A stretch of 64,000 nucleotides of DNA. It comes from Candidatus Undinarchaeota archaeon. GTDB taxonomy: Archaea; SpSt-1190; JASMDC01. Every line of letters starts with the position of its first letter. The first letter of the stretch is position 1. This document shows, piece after piece, positions 18,693 to 28,530 of this stretch. The stretch covers positions 32,001 to 96,000 of the forward strand of contig CAZFHY010000009.1 of the NCBI GenBank assembly GCA_964519305.1, read 5' to 3'. The notes under the pieces were generated by a model. It worked only from the letters and a program-made list of their open reading frames with translations, ran no database searches and was not told the DNA's origin. Position numbers and translations under genes: made by a program.

Positions 18693-19790
18693 ATGGAGAT
18701 GGAATCACCGGACCAGTCCCGACGCACGAGGTTGCTGGAGAACCGGGTCCACGAGCTAGAGGCGGCCATACAACGGTTCCTGGCCCCGCCAAACCTCGTG
18801 GCGACCATCTCCGAACGTCATCCCAACGGCATGGTCGTGGCACGCCTCTCGAACGGTCAGGAGGTGTTCACAACCGTGCGCCAGGGCCTTGAGGAGAAGG
18901 TGCTCCCCGGGGACCGCGTCCGTGTCGATCAGAAGAACTTCACGATCATCGACGTGCTCGGTGGCACCAGGGACTTCGATGTAGAGCGCTTCGTCGTCAT
19001 GGAGAAACCCGTGATATCCTGGGAGGACGTAGGTGGGCTTTCCGAAGAGATGCGGGAGCTAAAAGAGGTCGTGGAACTGCCGCTCACCAGTCCCGAACTG
19101 TTCCGCGAGGTGGGCATCACACCACCAAAGGGCGTGCTCCTTCACGGACCGCCCGGGACCGGTAAGACGCTGATGGCCAAGGCCGTTGCGAACGCTACCA
19201 ACGCCACGTTCATCGAAGTAGTGGGCTCGGAGCTCGCTCAGAAGTTCATCGGTGAGGGTGCAAAGCTCGTCAGGGACATATTCTCCCTGGCCCGCGACCG
19301 CTCTCCCACGCTCCTGTTCATCGACGAGGTGGACGCCATCGCTGCAAAGCGTATCGAGGTGGGCACATCCGGCGAGCGCGAGGTGCAGCGCACCTTCATG
19401 CAGCTGCTGGCAGAGATCGACGGTTTCCGCCCCTTGGGGGCCGTCAAGGTCGTCGCCGCGACCAACCGACCGGACATCCTCGATCCGGCCCTTGTGCGCC
19501 ACGGACGTCTCGACCGGCTCATCAAGGTACCGCTCCCCGACGAGAAGGGCAGGAAGGACATCGTCCAAATACACACACGTCCCATGAACACCGACGAGCT
19601 CGATGTCAAGAAGCTGGTCAAGTTCACCGACGAGATGTCGGGTGCCGACATCCACAACGTATGCACCGAGGCCGGCTACATGGCCATACGTGATAAACGT
19701 ACGAAAGTGACACAGAAGGACTTCGACGACGCCATCAAGAAGGTGCGTAAAGAGGACAAGGAAGCTGTCGTCTATTCGATGTTCAAGTAG
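18693..19790 (+). CDS. pan: Proteasome-activating nucleotidase (AAA+)
   Basis: Short coiled coil, OB domain, GPPGTGKT, FIDEVD, REVQRT..QLLAE.DGF and ATNR.DILD.AL.R.GR. Confidence 0.93.
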   Translation: MEMESPDQSRRTRLLENRVHELEAAIQRFLAPPNLVATISERHPNGMVVARLSNGQEVFTTVRQGLEEKVLPGDRVRVDQKNFTIIDVLGGTRDFDVERFVVMEKPVISWEDVGGLSEEMRELKEVVELPLTSPELFREVGITPPKGVLLHGPPGTGKTLMAKAVANATNATFIEVVGSELAQKFIGEGAKLVRDIFSLARDRSPTLLFIDEVDAIAAKRIEVGTSGEREVQRTFMQLLAEIDGFRPLGAVKVVAATNRPDILDPALVRHGRLDRLIKVPLPDEKGRKDIVQIHTRPMNTDELDVKKLVKFTDEMSGADIHNVCTEAGYMAIRDKRTKVTQKDFDDAIKKVRKEDKEAVVYSMFK

Positions 19791-19807
19791 AGCGGACGTG
19801 TCCGGGT

Positions 19808-20362
19808 TCAATCCCCTGACAGTGCATCGACTATCCCTGACGGTGAGCTCAATACACTGATGCCCATCATCGTATCCAGCTGCCGGGCGTTCGCTACGTC
19901 CACGGGGCGCATGGTGAGCGTTCCTGTCCGTCCCCCTGGCAGTGCCGTTATGACCTTACCTTCCTCGATGTCCGTGGGGAGCATGGTGATCGTTGCACCG
20001 CACTTGATGGCCTGTGCAACAAGATTGGGGACAAGGGTGTCCGCGATACCGCAGACGACCTTCGCCACGGTGTTCGCTGAGGCGGGAGCGACCAGAAAGG
20101 CCGCGTACACGCCCTTGTACAGATCACTGAGGAGCTTTGCCTGATTGGGCCCGTTCTCGATGACAGGTGCGGAGAACGCACCCTCGTCCAGACGATCCGT
20201 GAGCCCGTACATCCGAACCACCCGGGCGCCCTCGGCCGATAATACGGGCTGGACAATGGTCCCTTCGACGCTCACGTCCTCCATGGCCTCGAACGTAGCT
20301 TCGAGATGATGACCGGCGCCGGTGATCGCCCAGAGGATCCGTCGTGGATTGACAGGTGACAT
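19808..20362 (-). CDS. Archaeoflavoprotein (AfpA/DmrX-like flavoprotein family)
   Basis: WAITGAG, APASANTVAK..GIADTLV.N and PTD motifs. Confidence 0.85.
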   Translation of the reverse strand: MSPVNPRRILWAITGAGHHLEATFEAMEDVSVEGTIVQPVLSAEGARVVRMYGLTDRLDEGAFSAPVIENGPNQAKLLSDLYKGVYAAFLVAPASANTVAKVVCGIADTLVPNLVAQAIKCGATITMLPTDIEEGKVITALPGGRTGTLTMRPVDVANARQLDTMMGISVLSSPSGIVDALSGD

Positions 20363-20653
20363 TCAGATCATCCAGTCCTCGAGCACTTCGAGCACGAGGG
20401 CCTTCAGTTCACGAGGATCGTGCTCCCCTGGCTTCAATTCGTCCAAGGTTTCGGCCAGCGTGTGATCACCGATCACTTCCCGTACCCAGCTGGCCACGTC
20501 ATTGCAGTCGGGCCTGATGTGGAAAAGCAGCCCCTCTGGAGCCATTCCCAAGATGATCCAGTGCAGGTCCATGATGTCGCGGGCGACACCCTCTACACGA
20601 TCCTCGGACGACTTGACGATGAACTCGGATCCGTCGGGTGCGGAGGGCATCAT
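20363..20653 (-). CDS. Hypothetical protein
   Basis: ORF directly abuts the flavoprotein start and has normal codon usage. Confidence 0.6.
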   Translation of the reverse strand: MMPSAPDGSEFIVKSSEDRVEGVARDIMDLHWIILGMAPEGLLFHIRPDCNDVASWVREVIGDHTLAETLDELKPGEHDPRELKALVLEVLEDWMI

Positions 20654-20760
20654 CGGGGTTCCCTGCCACGTTTTCCGAGGTAAAGCTATTTATGTGGACT
20701 GGTCGGGCCGGGCCCTGTGTCTCCATAACCGTTATAATGCTCTGTGACGATAGGTAGTAT

Positions 20761-20907
20761 GTGGGCATCACCATCGACCCTGACGATCCACGATTCAAGA
20801 AGAAGCGTACACTTCGCCCCGAGGACGTAGAGGACATCGCCCTGGAGCGTCGCGAGGTCGACCTTCCTTCAACACAGCGTCCCCGTCGCAGGAAGGATGA
20901 GCGCTAG
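20761..20907 (+). CDS. Putative 48-aa charged small protein
   Basis: Manual translation MGITIDPDDPRFKKKRTLRPEDVEDIALERREVDLPSTQRPRRRKDER from GTG, with a TATA-like TTATAAT about 25 nt upstream. Confidence 0.5.
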   Translation: MGITIDPDDPRFKKKRTLRPEDVEDIALERREVDLPSTQRPRRRKDER

Positions 20908-20976
20908 CATCATCGCGCAGAGGGCGGGCGGGCGTCGCCGATTGATTTAAAACGCTCACCACTCATCCCGCTCCCG

Positions 20977-21462
20977 ATGGTCGCCGTACCACCCGCAGCA
21001 GGCCCCCTCATCGCCGCTGTAGGCTGCCTTGCCCTCGCTCCACGCGCTGCCAGGGGAGAGCGTGTCGAGGCAGGTGATGTGGCCTTCGGCGTGGTCGCGG
21101 GCCTGCTCCTGGCCGGCCTTACCGGGAATCTGACCACCGCTCTTGCGATGGCTATGTTCGGGGCATTGGCCTGGCCCGTGCTCCTTCTCCTGCTCGAGAT
21201 GGAGGACGCACGCATCATGCCTGCCCTTGGAGCGCTCCTGTTCGCCCCGATACCGGTTGACGGCCGTTCACTCCCGGCGTTCACTCTTGTAGCACCCTAT
21301 GCCCTGCTCGCCGCAATGACGCTGGACATGCTGGCCCAGCACGAGGTCTACGTCCCCGGCATCACCGTGGAGGTCGATGGCGGTCCCGACTTCCCGAACT
21401 TCGTCAACCTGCCTGCCGTGATCGCCATCGCGTGCCTGGCCTGCGCCCTTCTCGTCCGCTGA
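20977..21462 (+). CDS. Multi-pass membrane protein
   Basis: Several hydrophobic helices; TTTAAAA box upstream. Confidence 0.65.
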   Translation: MVAVPPAAGPLIAAVGCLALAPRAARGERVEAGDVAFGVVAGLLLAGLTGNLTTALAMAMFGALAWPVLLLLLEMEDARIMPALGALLFAPIPVDGRSLPAFTLVAPYALLAAMTLDMLAQHEVYVPGITVEVDGGPDFPNFVNLPAVIAIACLACALLVR

Positions 21463-21548
21463 TCCCTGCCCCGACCGGCTGCCTTCCCCAAGGATAGGTA
21501 GAAAAAGGCCCGCGATGCGCATCGCCTCTACTGGACGGGTGACCGAGC

Positions 21549-22355
21549 ATGCTCTATGAGAGGATTGTTGATACAGAAAGGCTCGAAGCGGACCTCTACG
21601 GCCTGTGCGCTGTGGAGTCCCTCACGACCGGCCGTGGCGAGTACATGGCCGACGGCTTCGAGGACATCGGGTTCTCCGTGGAGCGACAGCAGATGATCAA
21701 CTATCCCCACGAAAATAAGATGATGCAGGACCTGTGGAACGACGAGAACGTCATCGCTGAGTACAAGGGCGATCCGGGCTCGGACAGGTACCTGTTGGTG
21801 ATGGGCCACCACGACAAGGTCCCCGAGGGCAAAGGGGCCAACGACAATGGATCGGGATCGGTCATGCTCCTGGAGCTGGCACGTCAGCTGAGCGAGCGTG
21901 GCGAGAAGGTGAACGTGCGGTTCGCGTCCTACGGTCTGGAGGAGATTGGTCTCGACGGGGCCTCTGTGTACGTCAAATCTCTATCGGACACCGAGCGCGA
22001 CAACATCATCGCGGCAGTCAATCTGGACTGTATCGGTGCCGGCTCGGAGCTCACCCTCACCATGAAGGACCGTCGGAGCGCGACCACCGACTGGGTGAAC
22101 GACGCCATCAAGCAGAAGGCGGACAGCATGGGCATCTCCTACTACGAGCGTGCGTCAATGCGCGGTTCGAGCGACCATGCGGTGACCGCCAACGCCGGCA
22201 TCCCCACTGCATCGCTCTGCCGACAGGAGGACGGAAAGATCCCCAACCTCCACTCGAAGGACGACGTGGTCGAGAACATCGACCTCGGACTGCTGACCGA
22301 GACCGGTGACCTAGTCTACCACGCGATGGTCGACATCTATCGGGATAAGAGGTAG
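21549..22355 (+). CDS. M28 family metallopeptidase
   Basis: GHHD, GANDNGSG, EEIGLDG, NLDCIG, SDH and H..DD. Confidence 0.92.
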   Translation: MLYERIVDTERLEADLYGLCAVESLTTGRGEYMADGFEDIGFSVERQQMINYPHENKMMQDLWNDENVIAEYKGDPGSDRYLLVMGHHDKVPEGKGANDNGSGSVMLLELARQLSERGEKVNVRFASYGLEEIGLDGASVYVKSLSDTERDNIIAAVNLDCIGAGSELTLTMKDRRSATTDWVNDAIKQKADSMGISYYERASMRGSSDHAVTANAGIPTASLCRQEDGKIPNLHSKDDVVENIDLGLLTETGDLVYHAMVDIYRDKR

Positions 22356-22360
22356 ATCGA

Positions 22361-22681
22361 CTACTCGCCCTTTGCCTTCTTTACGAGCTCAGCGAGGTTA
22401 TCCTGCAGGCGCGCAGCCTCTGCCTCGGCCTTCGCCCTGACCTCTGCGGGAAGTTCTATCTGGGCCTCGAGGACGTCAGCGTACATCCGCGCGACCTTCG
22501 CCTTCTGCTCCCTTACGTCGACCTCGAGGACCACCTCGTGGTCACCGATGGACTTCTTGAGCAGGGTCGTTCCCTTGACCTTGGACGATACGGCCCAGCC
22601 GAGGTCCTTGAGCTTACCAAGGAGCGTGACCTCCTTAACCTCGCCTGAGACGAGTCCCCCCAACGAAAACGCGTACTTCAT
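22361..22681 (-). CDS. Hypothetical protein
   Basis: 106-aa ORF downstream of pnp with normal codon usage. Confidence 0.65.
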   Translation of the reverse strand: MKYAFSLGGLVSGEVKEVTLLGKLKDLGWAVSSKVKGTTLLKKSIGDHEVVLEVDVREQKAKVARMYADVLEAQIELPAEVRAKAEAEAARLQDNLAELVKKAKGE

Positions 22682-22739
22682 GTGATCACTTGGAGAGTAA
22701 GGAGCGGCTCAGACTTTTGTTCCTTTCGATTAGGGGACC

Positions 22740-22765
22740 CGCCCCGCGGGAATGCCCGCGGGGCG
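22740..22765 (-). terminator. Perfect 11-bp GC hairpin directly downstream of pnp
   Basis: CGCCCCGCGGG-AATG-CCCGCGGGGCG. Confidence 0.6.
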
Positions 22766-22778
22766 ATAGCTGTCTTCC

Positions 22779-25052
22779 CTAGTCTCTGCGGTCGCGGGAC
22801 CTGCGGTCGCGGTCCCTGCCGCCTCGGCGGTCACGGCCGCCACCACGGCGGTCGCGGTCACGGCCTCCACTGCGCCGGGGGCGTTCGGGCTCCACCCACC
22901 CGGGCGGCGGGGGGTGCAGGGCCTTCATGGAGACGTCGACCTTTCCGAAGGCTACCTTGGTCACGACGACCTTCACCGTGTCGCCGAGCTTGACCCGGTC
23001 CTCGATCTTGTCCACATGGCCGTACTCCAGCTCCGAGATGTGGAGCATCCCGTCCTTGCCGGGGATTAGGTTGACGAAGGCGCCGAAGGGCTTGATCGTG
23101 ACGACCTTGGCCTCCTCGAATATCTCGCCCACCTGCACCTCGCGAACGATGTCCCTGACGGCCTTCTCGGCCTTTGCGGCCATCTCGGCGTCGTTGGTGG
23201 TGATCATCACTGTACCGTCGTCCTCGATATCCATCTGGACGCCGGTCTCATCGGTGATGCTCCGGATCATCTTCCCGCCAGGGCCGATGACCGCGCCGAT
23301 CTTTTCCGGATCGATCTTTAAGGCAATGATACGCGGCGCGTACGCGGACAGCTCCTGCCTCGGCTCGGCGATCGCGCCCTGGATGACGTTAAGGATGAAG
23401 TTGTTCGCCATCCTTCCCTGGGTGATCGCTTCTCGGATGATGGGCATGGAGATACCACGGGTCTTTGTGTCCATCTGGACGGCTGTGACACCGTCACGGG
23501 TGGCGGTGATCTTGAAGTCCATACCGCCGTTCCCATCCTCCATGTCCTGGATGTCCGTGATGACCTTCCAGCGCTCACCGTCGGAAGCAAGCCCGATAGC
23601 TATCCCGGCCACGGGCTTCTTGATCGGGACACCCGCGTCCAGGAGGGCCAGCGTCGATGCGCATGTGGAGCCCATGGACGAGGAGCCGTTGGAGCTCATG
23701 ACCTCGGAGACCATCCTGATCGTGTAGGGGAACTCCTCCAGCGTGGGGAGCACCGGGCGAAGGGCTTTCTCCGCCAGCATGCCATGGCCCTGCTCTCGTC
23801 GACCGGCGCCGCGGAGCTTCTTTACCTCGCCCACGCTGAACGGTGGGAAGTTGTAGTGATGGAAGTACCGCTTCTTGATGTCGTCCTCCATCGACTCCAC
23901 GATGAGAGTGTCACCGGGGGCACCCAGGGTGACCACCGATAGAATGTGGGTCTCTCCTCGCTGGAAGAATCCCGTGCCATGGAGGCGAGGGAGCACGGCC
24001 ACGTCGGCCGCGAGGTGCCGGATATCGGTAATATTGCGGCCGTCGACGCGCTGTTCGCGGTCCAGGAGAGCCCGGGTGACCTGATCGTCGATGAACTCCT
24101 GGAAGCACTTCTTGAGGATGCCCTTGAGGTAGTCCTTGGCGGCCTCCTCGTCACGCTCCTGGTTGACGTACTCCCTGGCCATCTCGTTGACAACCAGTTC
24201 TTTCATCTCTCTCATGATCTCCTTGCGCTCGCCCTTTGAGCCGCGGGGCTGGTTGAAGACGTAGGTCTGGAGATGCGGGATCATGCGCTCCTTGAGCCGG
24301 TCAGCAACGACCTTCTCCTCGGGAGAGAGCTCGCCCGTGAACTTCAGGTCCTCCTTCTTCGCCTTGGGCTTACCGATCTGCTGGCGGACTTCCTCGATGA
24401 AGGCGCACAGCGGCCCGAGGGCACGCATGGCCTCTTCGAAGGCGCCGGCCATGACGTCGTCCGGGGCCTCGTTGCAGTCGCACTCCACCATGGTGATGCG
24501 GGAGCCGTCACCGGTGACCAGAAGGTCTACAATGGACTCCTCGAGCTCCTCCACGGTGGGGTTCACGATGTACCGACCGTCGATGTAACCGATGCGGACA
24601 CCGGCCACAGGTCCGTCGAATGGGATGCTGGAGAGGTGGAGGGCCATGCAGCCGCCGATGATGGCAGGGACGTCGGGCTTGTTCGCCTCGTCGAAGGTGA
24701 GGGGCATGCAGATGACTTGGACCTCGTTGCGCATGTTCTGGTCGAAGAGCGGGCGGATACCGCGGTCGATGGAGCGTCCGGTCAGCACAGCGTCGAGGGA
24801 AGGTCTGCCTTCCCGCTTGGTGAACCGGGAGCCTTTGATGCGCCCGCACGCGTAGTATCGCTCTTCGTATTCGACCATGAGAGGGAAGAAGTCCATCCCT
24901 TCGCGAGCGGAGGGGGACATGTTCGCTGAGCAGAGCACTACGGTCTCGCCTAGTTTTATGGTGAGTGCGGCATCGGATTGAGGTCCGTACCTACCTGTCT
25001 CGATCGTGAGCGTCTTTCCTGCTACATCGCAGGTGAATTGTCGAATGTTCAT
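22779..25052 (-). CDS. pnp: Polyribonucleotide nucleotidyltransferase (bacterial-type PNPase)
   Basis: DFFPL.V.Y.E, REGRPS, R.IDR.IRPLF, RVDGR, F.RGET, HHYNFPPFSVGE, RRE.GHG.LAE, SNGSSSM, D..GGMDFK, KH domain (IG.VIGPGGK), S1 domain and an R/D/G-rich tail. Confidence 0.97.
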   Translation of the reverse strand: MNIRQFTCDVAGKTLTIETGRYGPQSDAALTIKLGETVVLCSANMSPSAREGMDFFPLMVEYEERYYACGRIKGSRFTKREGRPSLDAVLTGRSIDRGIRPLFDQNMRNEVQVICMPLTFDEANKPDVPAIIGGCMALHLSSIPFDGPVAGVRIGYIDGRYIVNPTVEELEESIVDLLVTGDGSRITMVECDCNEAPDDVMAGAFEEAMRALGPLCAFIEEVRQQIGKPKAKKEDLKFTGELSPEEKVVADRLKERMIPHLQTYVFNQPRGSKGERKEIMREMKELVVNEMAREYVNQERDEEAAKDYLKGILKKCFQEFIDDQVTRALLDREQRVDGRNITDIRHLAADVAVLPRLHGTGFFQRGETHILSVVTLGAPGDTLIVESMEDDIKKRYFHHYNFPPFSVGEVKKLRGAGRREQGHGMLAEKALRPVLPTLEEFPYTIRMVSEVMSSNGSSSMGSTCASTLALLDAGVPIKKPVAGIAIGLASDGERWKVITDIQDMEDGNGGMDFKITATRDGVTAVQMDTKTRGISMPIIREAITQGRMANNFILNVIQGAIAEPRQELSAYAPRIIALKIDPEKIGAVIGPGGKMIRSITDETGVQMDIEDDGTVMITTNDAEMAAKAEKAVRDIVREVQVGEIFEEAKVVTIKPFGAFVNLIPGKDGMLHISELEYGHVDKIEDRVKLGDTVKVVVTKVAFGKVDVSMKALHPPPPGWVEPERPRRSGGRDRDRRGGGRDRRGGRDRDRRSRDRRD

Positions 25053-25174
25053 GTGGCATTCACTAAAGGGGTATCCTTTTAAATGAGCCGGTCAGGCCTC
25101 CGCAGTGGGCCGCGGTATCACGGTTCTTGCCATGGGAAAGGTATATATAGCGGTCGTGGGGCCGCGCCGACAAG

Positions 25175-25720
25175 GTGACGCTGATGGACATATCCATTGA
25201 CTATCTGGAGCGCGAGCAGATGAAGGTCGGACCGAGCGTCGGTATGGGTTTCGGGCCCACATATGGCATCCCACCATCAGGCCCCTTCCACACCAGCGAT
25301 GTCGTGTTCGACAACAACTACGTCGCAAGGCAGACCGAGGAGTTCGAGCCCGCCATCGAAGCGTTGGCCGAGCAGTACGCTGCCAAGGACGGTTGTGAGG
25401 TCATGGCCTACCACGACCACAGCCATACGACGTGGTACAATACCATCGATAAAGAGATGGAACACGTCCACTTCAAGGGCGAGATGGACGACTTCAAGGG
25501 CTTCATCGAGGACGCGAAGGCGGCCGGGTACGGCACGCCCGAGAACGTCCGGGTGAACGCCTCAGTGGTCGACTGGCTCACCCACCCGGTCCAGACCTGG
25601 CGCACGAAGCAGGCTGTATCCTCCTACATGGAGGAGGTCGGCTCCGAGCTCAAGGTCACAGAGACCGAAGAGGACGTAGGCAACCGACACATCTACAAGC
25701 GCGAGATTACGTTCGAATGA
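25175..25720 (+). CDS. Hypothetical acidic protein
   Basis: Own TATA box (TATATATA near 25142) and GGTGA RBS-like sequence. Start may be ATG 25184. Confidence 0.7.
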   Translation: MTLMDISIDYLEREQMKVGPSVGMGFGPTYGIPPSGPFHTSDVVFDNNYVARQTEEFEPAIEALAEQYAAKDGCEVMAYHDHSHTTWYNTIDKEMEHVHFKGEMDDFKGFIEDAKAAGYGTPENVRVNASVVDWLTHPVQTWRTKQAVSSYMEEVGSELKVTETEEDVGNRHIYKREITFE

Positions 25721-25734
25721 ACTGACCTCAATCC

Positions 25735-25774
25735 ACGGGGGCGGTCGTTACCGCGGCCGTCCCCGTTTCCTTTT
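25735..25774 (+). terminator. GC-rich hairpin followed by a pyrimidine tract between convergent genes
   Basis: ACGGGGGCGGTCG...CGGCCGTCCCCGT followed by TTCCTTTT. Confidence 0.55.
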
Positions 25775-25855
25775 ATCATGCACTGCGGGAAAAGGCTGTG
25801 TATGAATCTCACACTACCGGTGAGGTTGCTCGTTCCAGATAGGGTGGTCCGCTCG

Positions 25856-26263
25856 TTACCGGACAATACGTGAGTTCTCGGGAGCCATGACGAGCCAGTC
25901 CTCGTCGATGCCCGCCATATCGGACCCGCTGGTGGAGCAGTGCGTCTTGAGGCGGTTGATCGAGCGCTTGAGCTCGGACATGTCCTTCTCGCGCAGTTGC
26001 TTGATCTTGACGAGCATGATGGTGTTGCCCTTCCGGAAGTGCGTGAGGATGGTCTCTGTATCTGCGAAGTCCTCGAGCTGGGACGTACGGATCTGGAGAG
26101 CCGAGTCGCCCGAGTCCACGTTCTTGAACTTGATCTCGGGGATATCCGAGGTCTTTGAAGCATGAGCATTATGGATATGATGGTACTCGTCGAGGTGTGT
26201 GGGTCGTTTGTGCTTGAAGCGCTCCAACAGCTTCTCGCCCATTCTGTAGAACCGTTCGACCAT
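25856..26263 (-). CDS. sepF: Cell division protein SepF (archaeal type)
   Basis: R.GN.I.LV.I..L...D..ELKR.I..LK...G.D.AGI....L...P pattern. Confidence 0.88.
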   Translation of the reverse strand: MVERFYRMGEKLLERFKHKRPTHLDEYHHIHNAHASKTSDIPEIKFKNVDSGDSALQIRTSQLEDFADTETILTHFRKGNTIMLVKIKQLREKDMSELKRSINRLKTHCSTSGSDMAGIDEDWLVMAPENSRIVR

Positions 26264-26314
26264 AATCTATCCCAAGATGCTGGAGCGGTCTTCCTTTAAA
26301 TTCCTTCCGCCGAG

Positions 26315-26581
26315 CTATCTTTGGAGCGTCTCCAGAGTACTGGCGATGTTCCAGATATCGGTCCTTGTGTGCTCTGGCAGGTTCGGATCATTGGAGATAT
26401 CGTCCAACCGGTTGATTGCCTCGTTCACGCGAACGGCCATTGCTCTGTCCTTGCCTACAAGGATGCTCTTTACGTCCTCGGCAGTCTTGCGTATGTTCCG
26501 CGGCACCGATCGATCATCGAGTATCTCTTCGAGTATCTCGCAAACCTGAGAAAGGATGTTTTCAGCGTCCATGTCCCTCAT
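26315..26581 (-). CDS. UPF0147 family protein
   Basis: D.SVPRNIR, LDDISNDPNLP.H.RT.IW. Confidence 0.93.
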   Translation of the reverse strand: MRDMDAENILSQVCEILEEILDDRSVPRNIRKTAEDVKSILVGKDRAMAVRVNEAINRLDDISNDPNLPEHTRTDIWNIASTLETLQR

Positions 26582-27560
26582 CTCCTAGCCTTTCCCTCAG
26601 GACCCTCAGGAGGCCCTTGATACCCTCGTCCATTTCCACCACGCCATTGACGCTGGCAGCGGCATCGTGACCACCACCACTCCCTTGGATGATGGCCTCA
26701 ATGTTCGCGAGAAGGTCCTTGTAGACGTGAATCCCAGTGCTTTTTATAAAGGTTTTTCTCGCCCGCGCTGTTATCCGGAACCCCTTCTTCTTCTTGGCAC
26801 CGACGAAGGCTATGTCGGCACCGAACCTGATGAGAGCATTGGCCACATCGGCCTCGAAGGAGTTCACCCTCGAGACGGCCACTATCCACGGACCGGTCAA
26901 AGTGAGCTCGGCCCGTTGGGCTCCCTTGAGGATCGCGATCCTCGAGGAGCGATCAGGTTCCAGGTGGATGGCATCGAGCACCTCCTGGTAATCCACGTCG
27001 GTCGTGGCCAGGAGCTTGGCCATGTCTCGGAAGGTGCTGGCCTGTGCCCGTCTGAATGACATTGTGTCCGCGACCATGCCTGCGATCATCGCTGCGGCCG
27101 CACGCTTCGTGGGTTCTACGTCCGCTGCCTCGAAGAGGCGGAACACGAGCTCGCATGCAGACGGAGAGGTGGCGTCCGTCAGGGAAGCATGATAATCGCA
27201 TGGTCCCGAATAGGGATGATGGTCCACAACGACAGGCCGCTTCCATGGGACCAGGGGCGCGAACTGGTCGGGGTTCTGGACGTCCACGAGAACGGGAAGC
27301 CCTCCCGGGTTCGGAGGCCTGACCTCGAACTCGGCGTCCAGGTAGTCGATGAGCTTACGCGCGGCAACGCTCGCATGCGAACCCGATCCGATCCTCGACG
27401 GGATATCGAGCTTTTTCAACAGTTCCTGGAGCGCTATGCAGGCTCCTGCGGCATCGAGGTCGGCGTTCTGATGAGTGATGAGGAAAGCGCCCTCCCTCGC
27501 AGCGGTGAGGGCCTCAAGGACGTTTTGAACGTCCTCCCCGGTACCTTTTTTCTCAGGCAA
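26562..27560 (-). CDS. DHH/DHHA1 family phosphoesterase
   Basis: H.NAD.D, VD, DHH, DT..F and GGGH..AA motifs. Confidence 0.92.
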   Translation of the reverse strand: MPEKKGTGEDVQNVLEALTAAREGAFLITHQNADLDAAGACIALQELLKKLDIPSRIGSGSHASVAARKLIDYLDAEFEVRPPNPGGLPVLVDVQNPDQFAPLVPWKRPVVVDHHPYSGPCDYHASLTDATSPSACELVFRLFEAADVEPTKRAAAAMIAGMVADTMSFRRAQASTFRDMAKLLATTDVDYQEVLDAIHLEPDRSSRIAILKGAQRAELTLTGPWIVAVSRVNSFEADVANALIRFGADIAFVGAKKKKGFRITARARKTFIKSTGIHVYKDLLANIEAIIQGSGGGHDAAASVNGVVEMDEGIKGLLRVLRERLGDEGHGR

Positions 27561-27906
27561 TGGGGCCGGCCGGTCCCTGGAGGAGCTTGGTCACCTTGTC
27601 AGAGAGGTCGGTCACCTTCTCGTTGACCTTCTCCTCCTGACGGGTGAGAGTCTTGATTCGAAGCTCCAGGGTCTCACGCCGGTCGTCCAGTTCCTTTGTC
27701 ACGTCCTTGGCCTTCATCTTGGCAAGGATGGGGCCCACTGCCTTGTACACGTCCTCGTCCTTGACCCCTTCCAGGGATTCAAGGGCGGACATGACATCGG
27801 TCAGCTGGGTCTCGATCTGCTGTTTCTGGATGAGAATTGTCTGTGCCTGCTGCTGATACTGTTGCAGCTGGAGCACCATGTGCTGTGCTTGTGGGGATAT
27901 GTCCAT
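27553..27906 (-). CDS. pfdB: Prefoldin beta subunit
   Basis: Coiled coil with VYK.VG.IL hairpin; typical gene context. Confidence 0.93.
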   Translation of the reverse strand: MDISPQAQHMVLQLQQYQQQAQTILIQKQQIETQLTDVMSALESLEGVKDEDVYKAVGPILAKMKAKDVTKELDDRRETLELRIKTLTRQEEKVNEKVTDLSDKVTKLLQGPAGPIA

Positions 27907-27907
27907 G

Positions 27908-28123
27908 TCAACTCACCTCGTCAACGCTGAGGATTATCTTAAGCCACCTGCAGGTGGCGTTCATTGCGGCACGAAGTGCAGTCAGATCGTCGGCCTCGAT
28001 CAATATGTCGTCACCATCGAACCGAGTTCGTGCTCGCCGCTGCTCGTTAGTTCCTAGAGGCTGCGTCAGCACCGTGCGGACGAGCTCCGGTCGTTCCGTG
28101 GTCAGGCGGGCTGTGAAGGGGAT
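27908..28123 (-). CDS. pcc1: KEOPS complex subunit Pcc1; apparent non-canonical ATC start
   Basis: Not in the ORF track. Translation ...ILIEADDLTALRAAMNATCRWL... is the Pcc1 signature, and it lies between rpoP and pfdB as expected. Confidence 0.82.
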   Translation of the reverse strand: MPFTARLTTERPELVRTVLTQPLGTNEQRRARTRFDGDDILIEADDLTALRAAMNATCRWLKIILSVDEVS

Positions 28124-28135
28124 AACAGGAGCCCC

Positions 28136-28273
28136 CTACTGGCACAGCACCGACTTGATGACCCGAGGTCGAGCCTTGGCCAGGATCTTATAGCCGCAGA
28201 ACGGGCATCTGATCCGGCGCATCTCCGAGGTCGAAGGGTCGATCGTACGCTTGCACTTGAGACAGACGAACAC
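28136..28273 (-). CDS. rpoP: DNA-directed RNA polymerase subunit P (Rpo12)
   Basis: C..C...IRCP.CG.KIL.K.RP. GTG start 6 nt after GGAGGTG. Confidence 0.93.
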   Translation of the reverse strand: MFVCLKCKRTIDPSTSEMRRIRCPFCGYKILAKARPRVIKSVLCQ

Positions 28274-28278
28274 CCGGT

Positions 28279-28503
28279 TCACCTCCGCCTCGTGGATGGA
28301 GCGTAAGCGCCTCCAGCGATCTTGACGCCACACTTGGTACAGGACCAGAGTCCTGCGTTGGCGCGCTTCAGCTTCGGAGCCTTGCACTGGGGGCAGACAT
28401 GGAACGCGCGGGAACTGTTCTCTACCTTCGCCACCATCCTGCGGACCCTCTTACCGTAGCGGCAGCCGAAACGGCCGGCGCTTCCTACTTTCTTTGTTGC
28501 CAT
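28279..28503 (-). CDS. rpl37ae: 50S ribosomal protein L37Ae (eL43)
   Basis: KKVG.AGRFG.RYG, CP.C and W.C.KC...AGGAY.P. Confidence 0.96.
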   Translation of the reverse strand: MATKKVGSAGRFGCRYGKRVRRMVAKVENSSRAFHVCPQCKAPKLKRANAGLWSCTKCGVKIAGGAYAPSTRRR

Positions 28504-28530
28504 GATGATCGCCTGTTGTCGTGATGTGAA

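Noticed and set aside
22782-22875. Short repeats CGGTCGCGG / CGGTCACGG as a possible array
   Set aside because: They encode the RDR/RGG low-complexity tail of PNPase.
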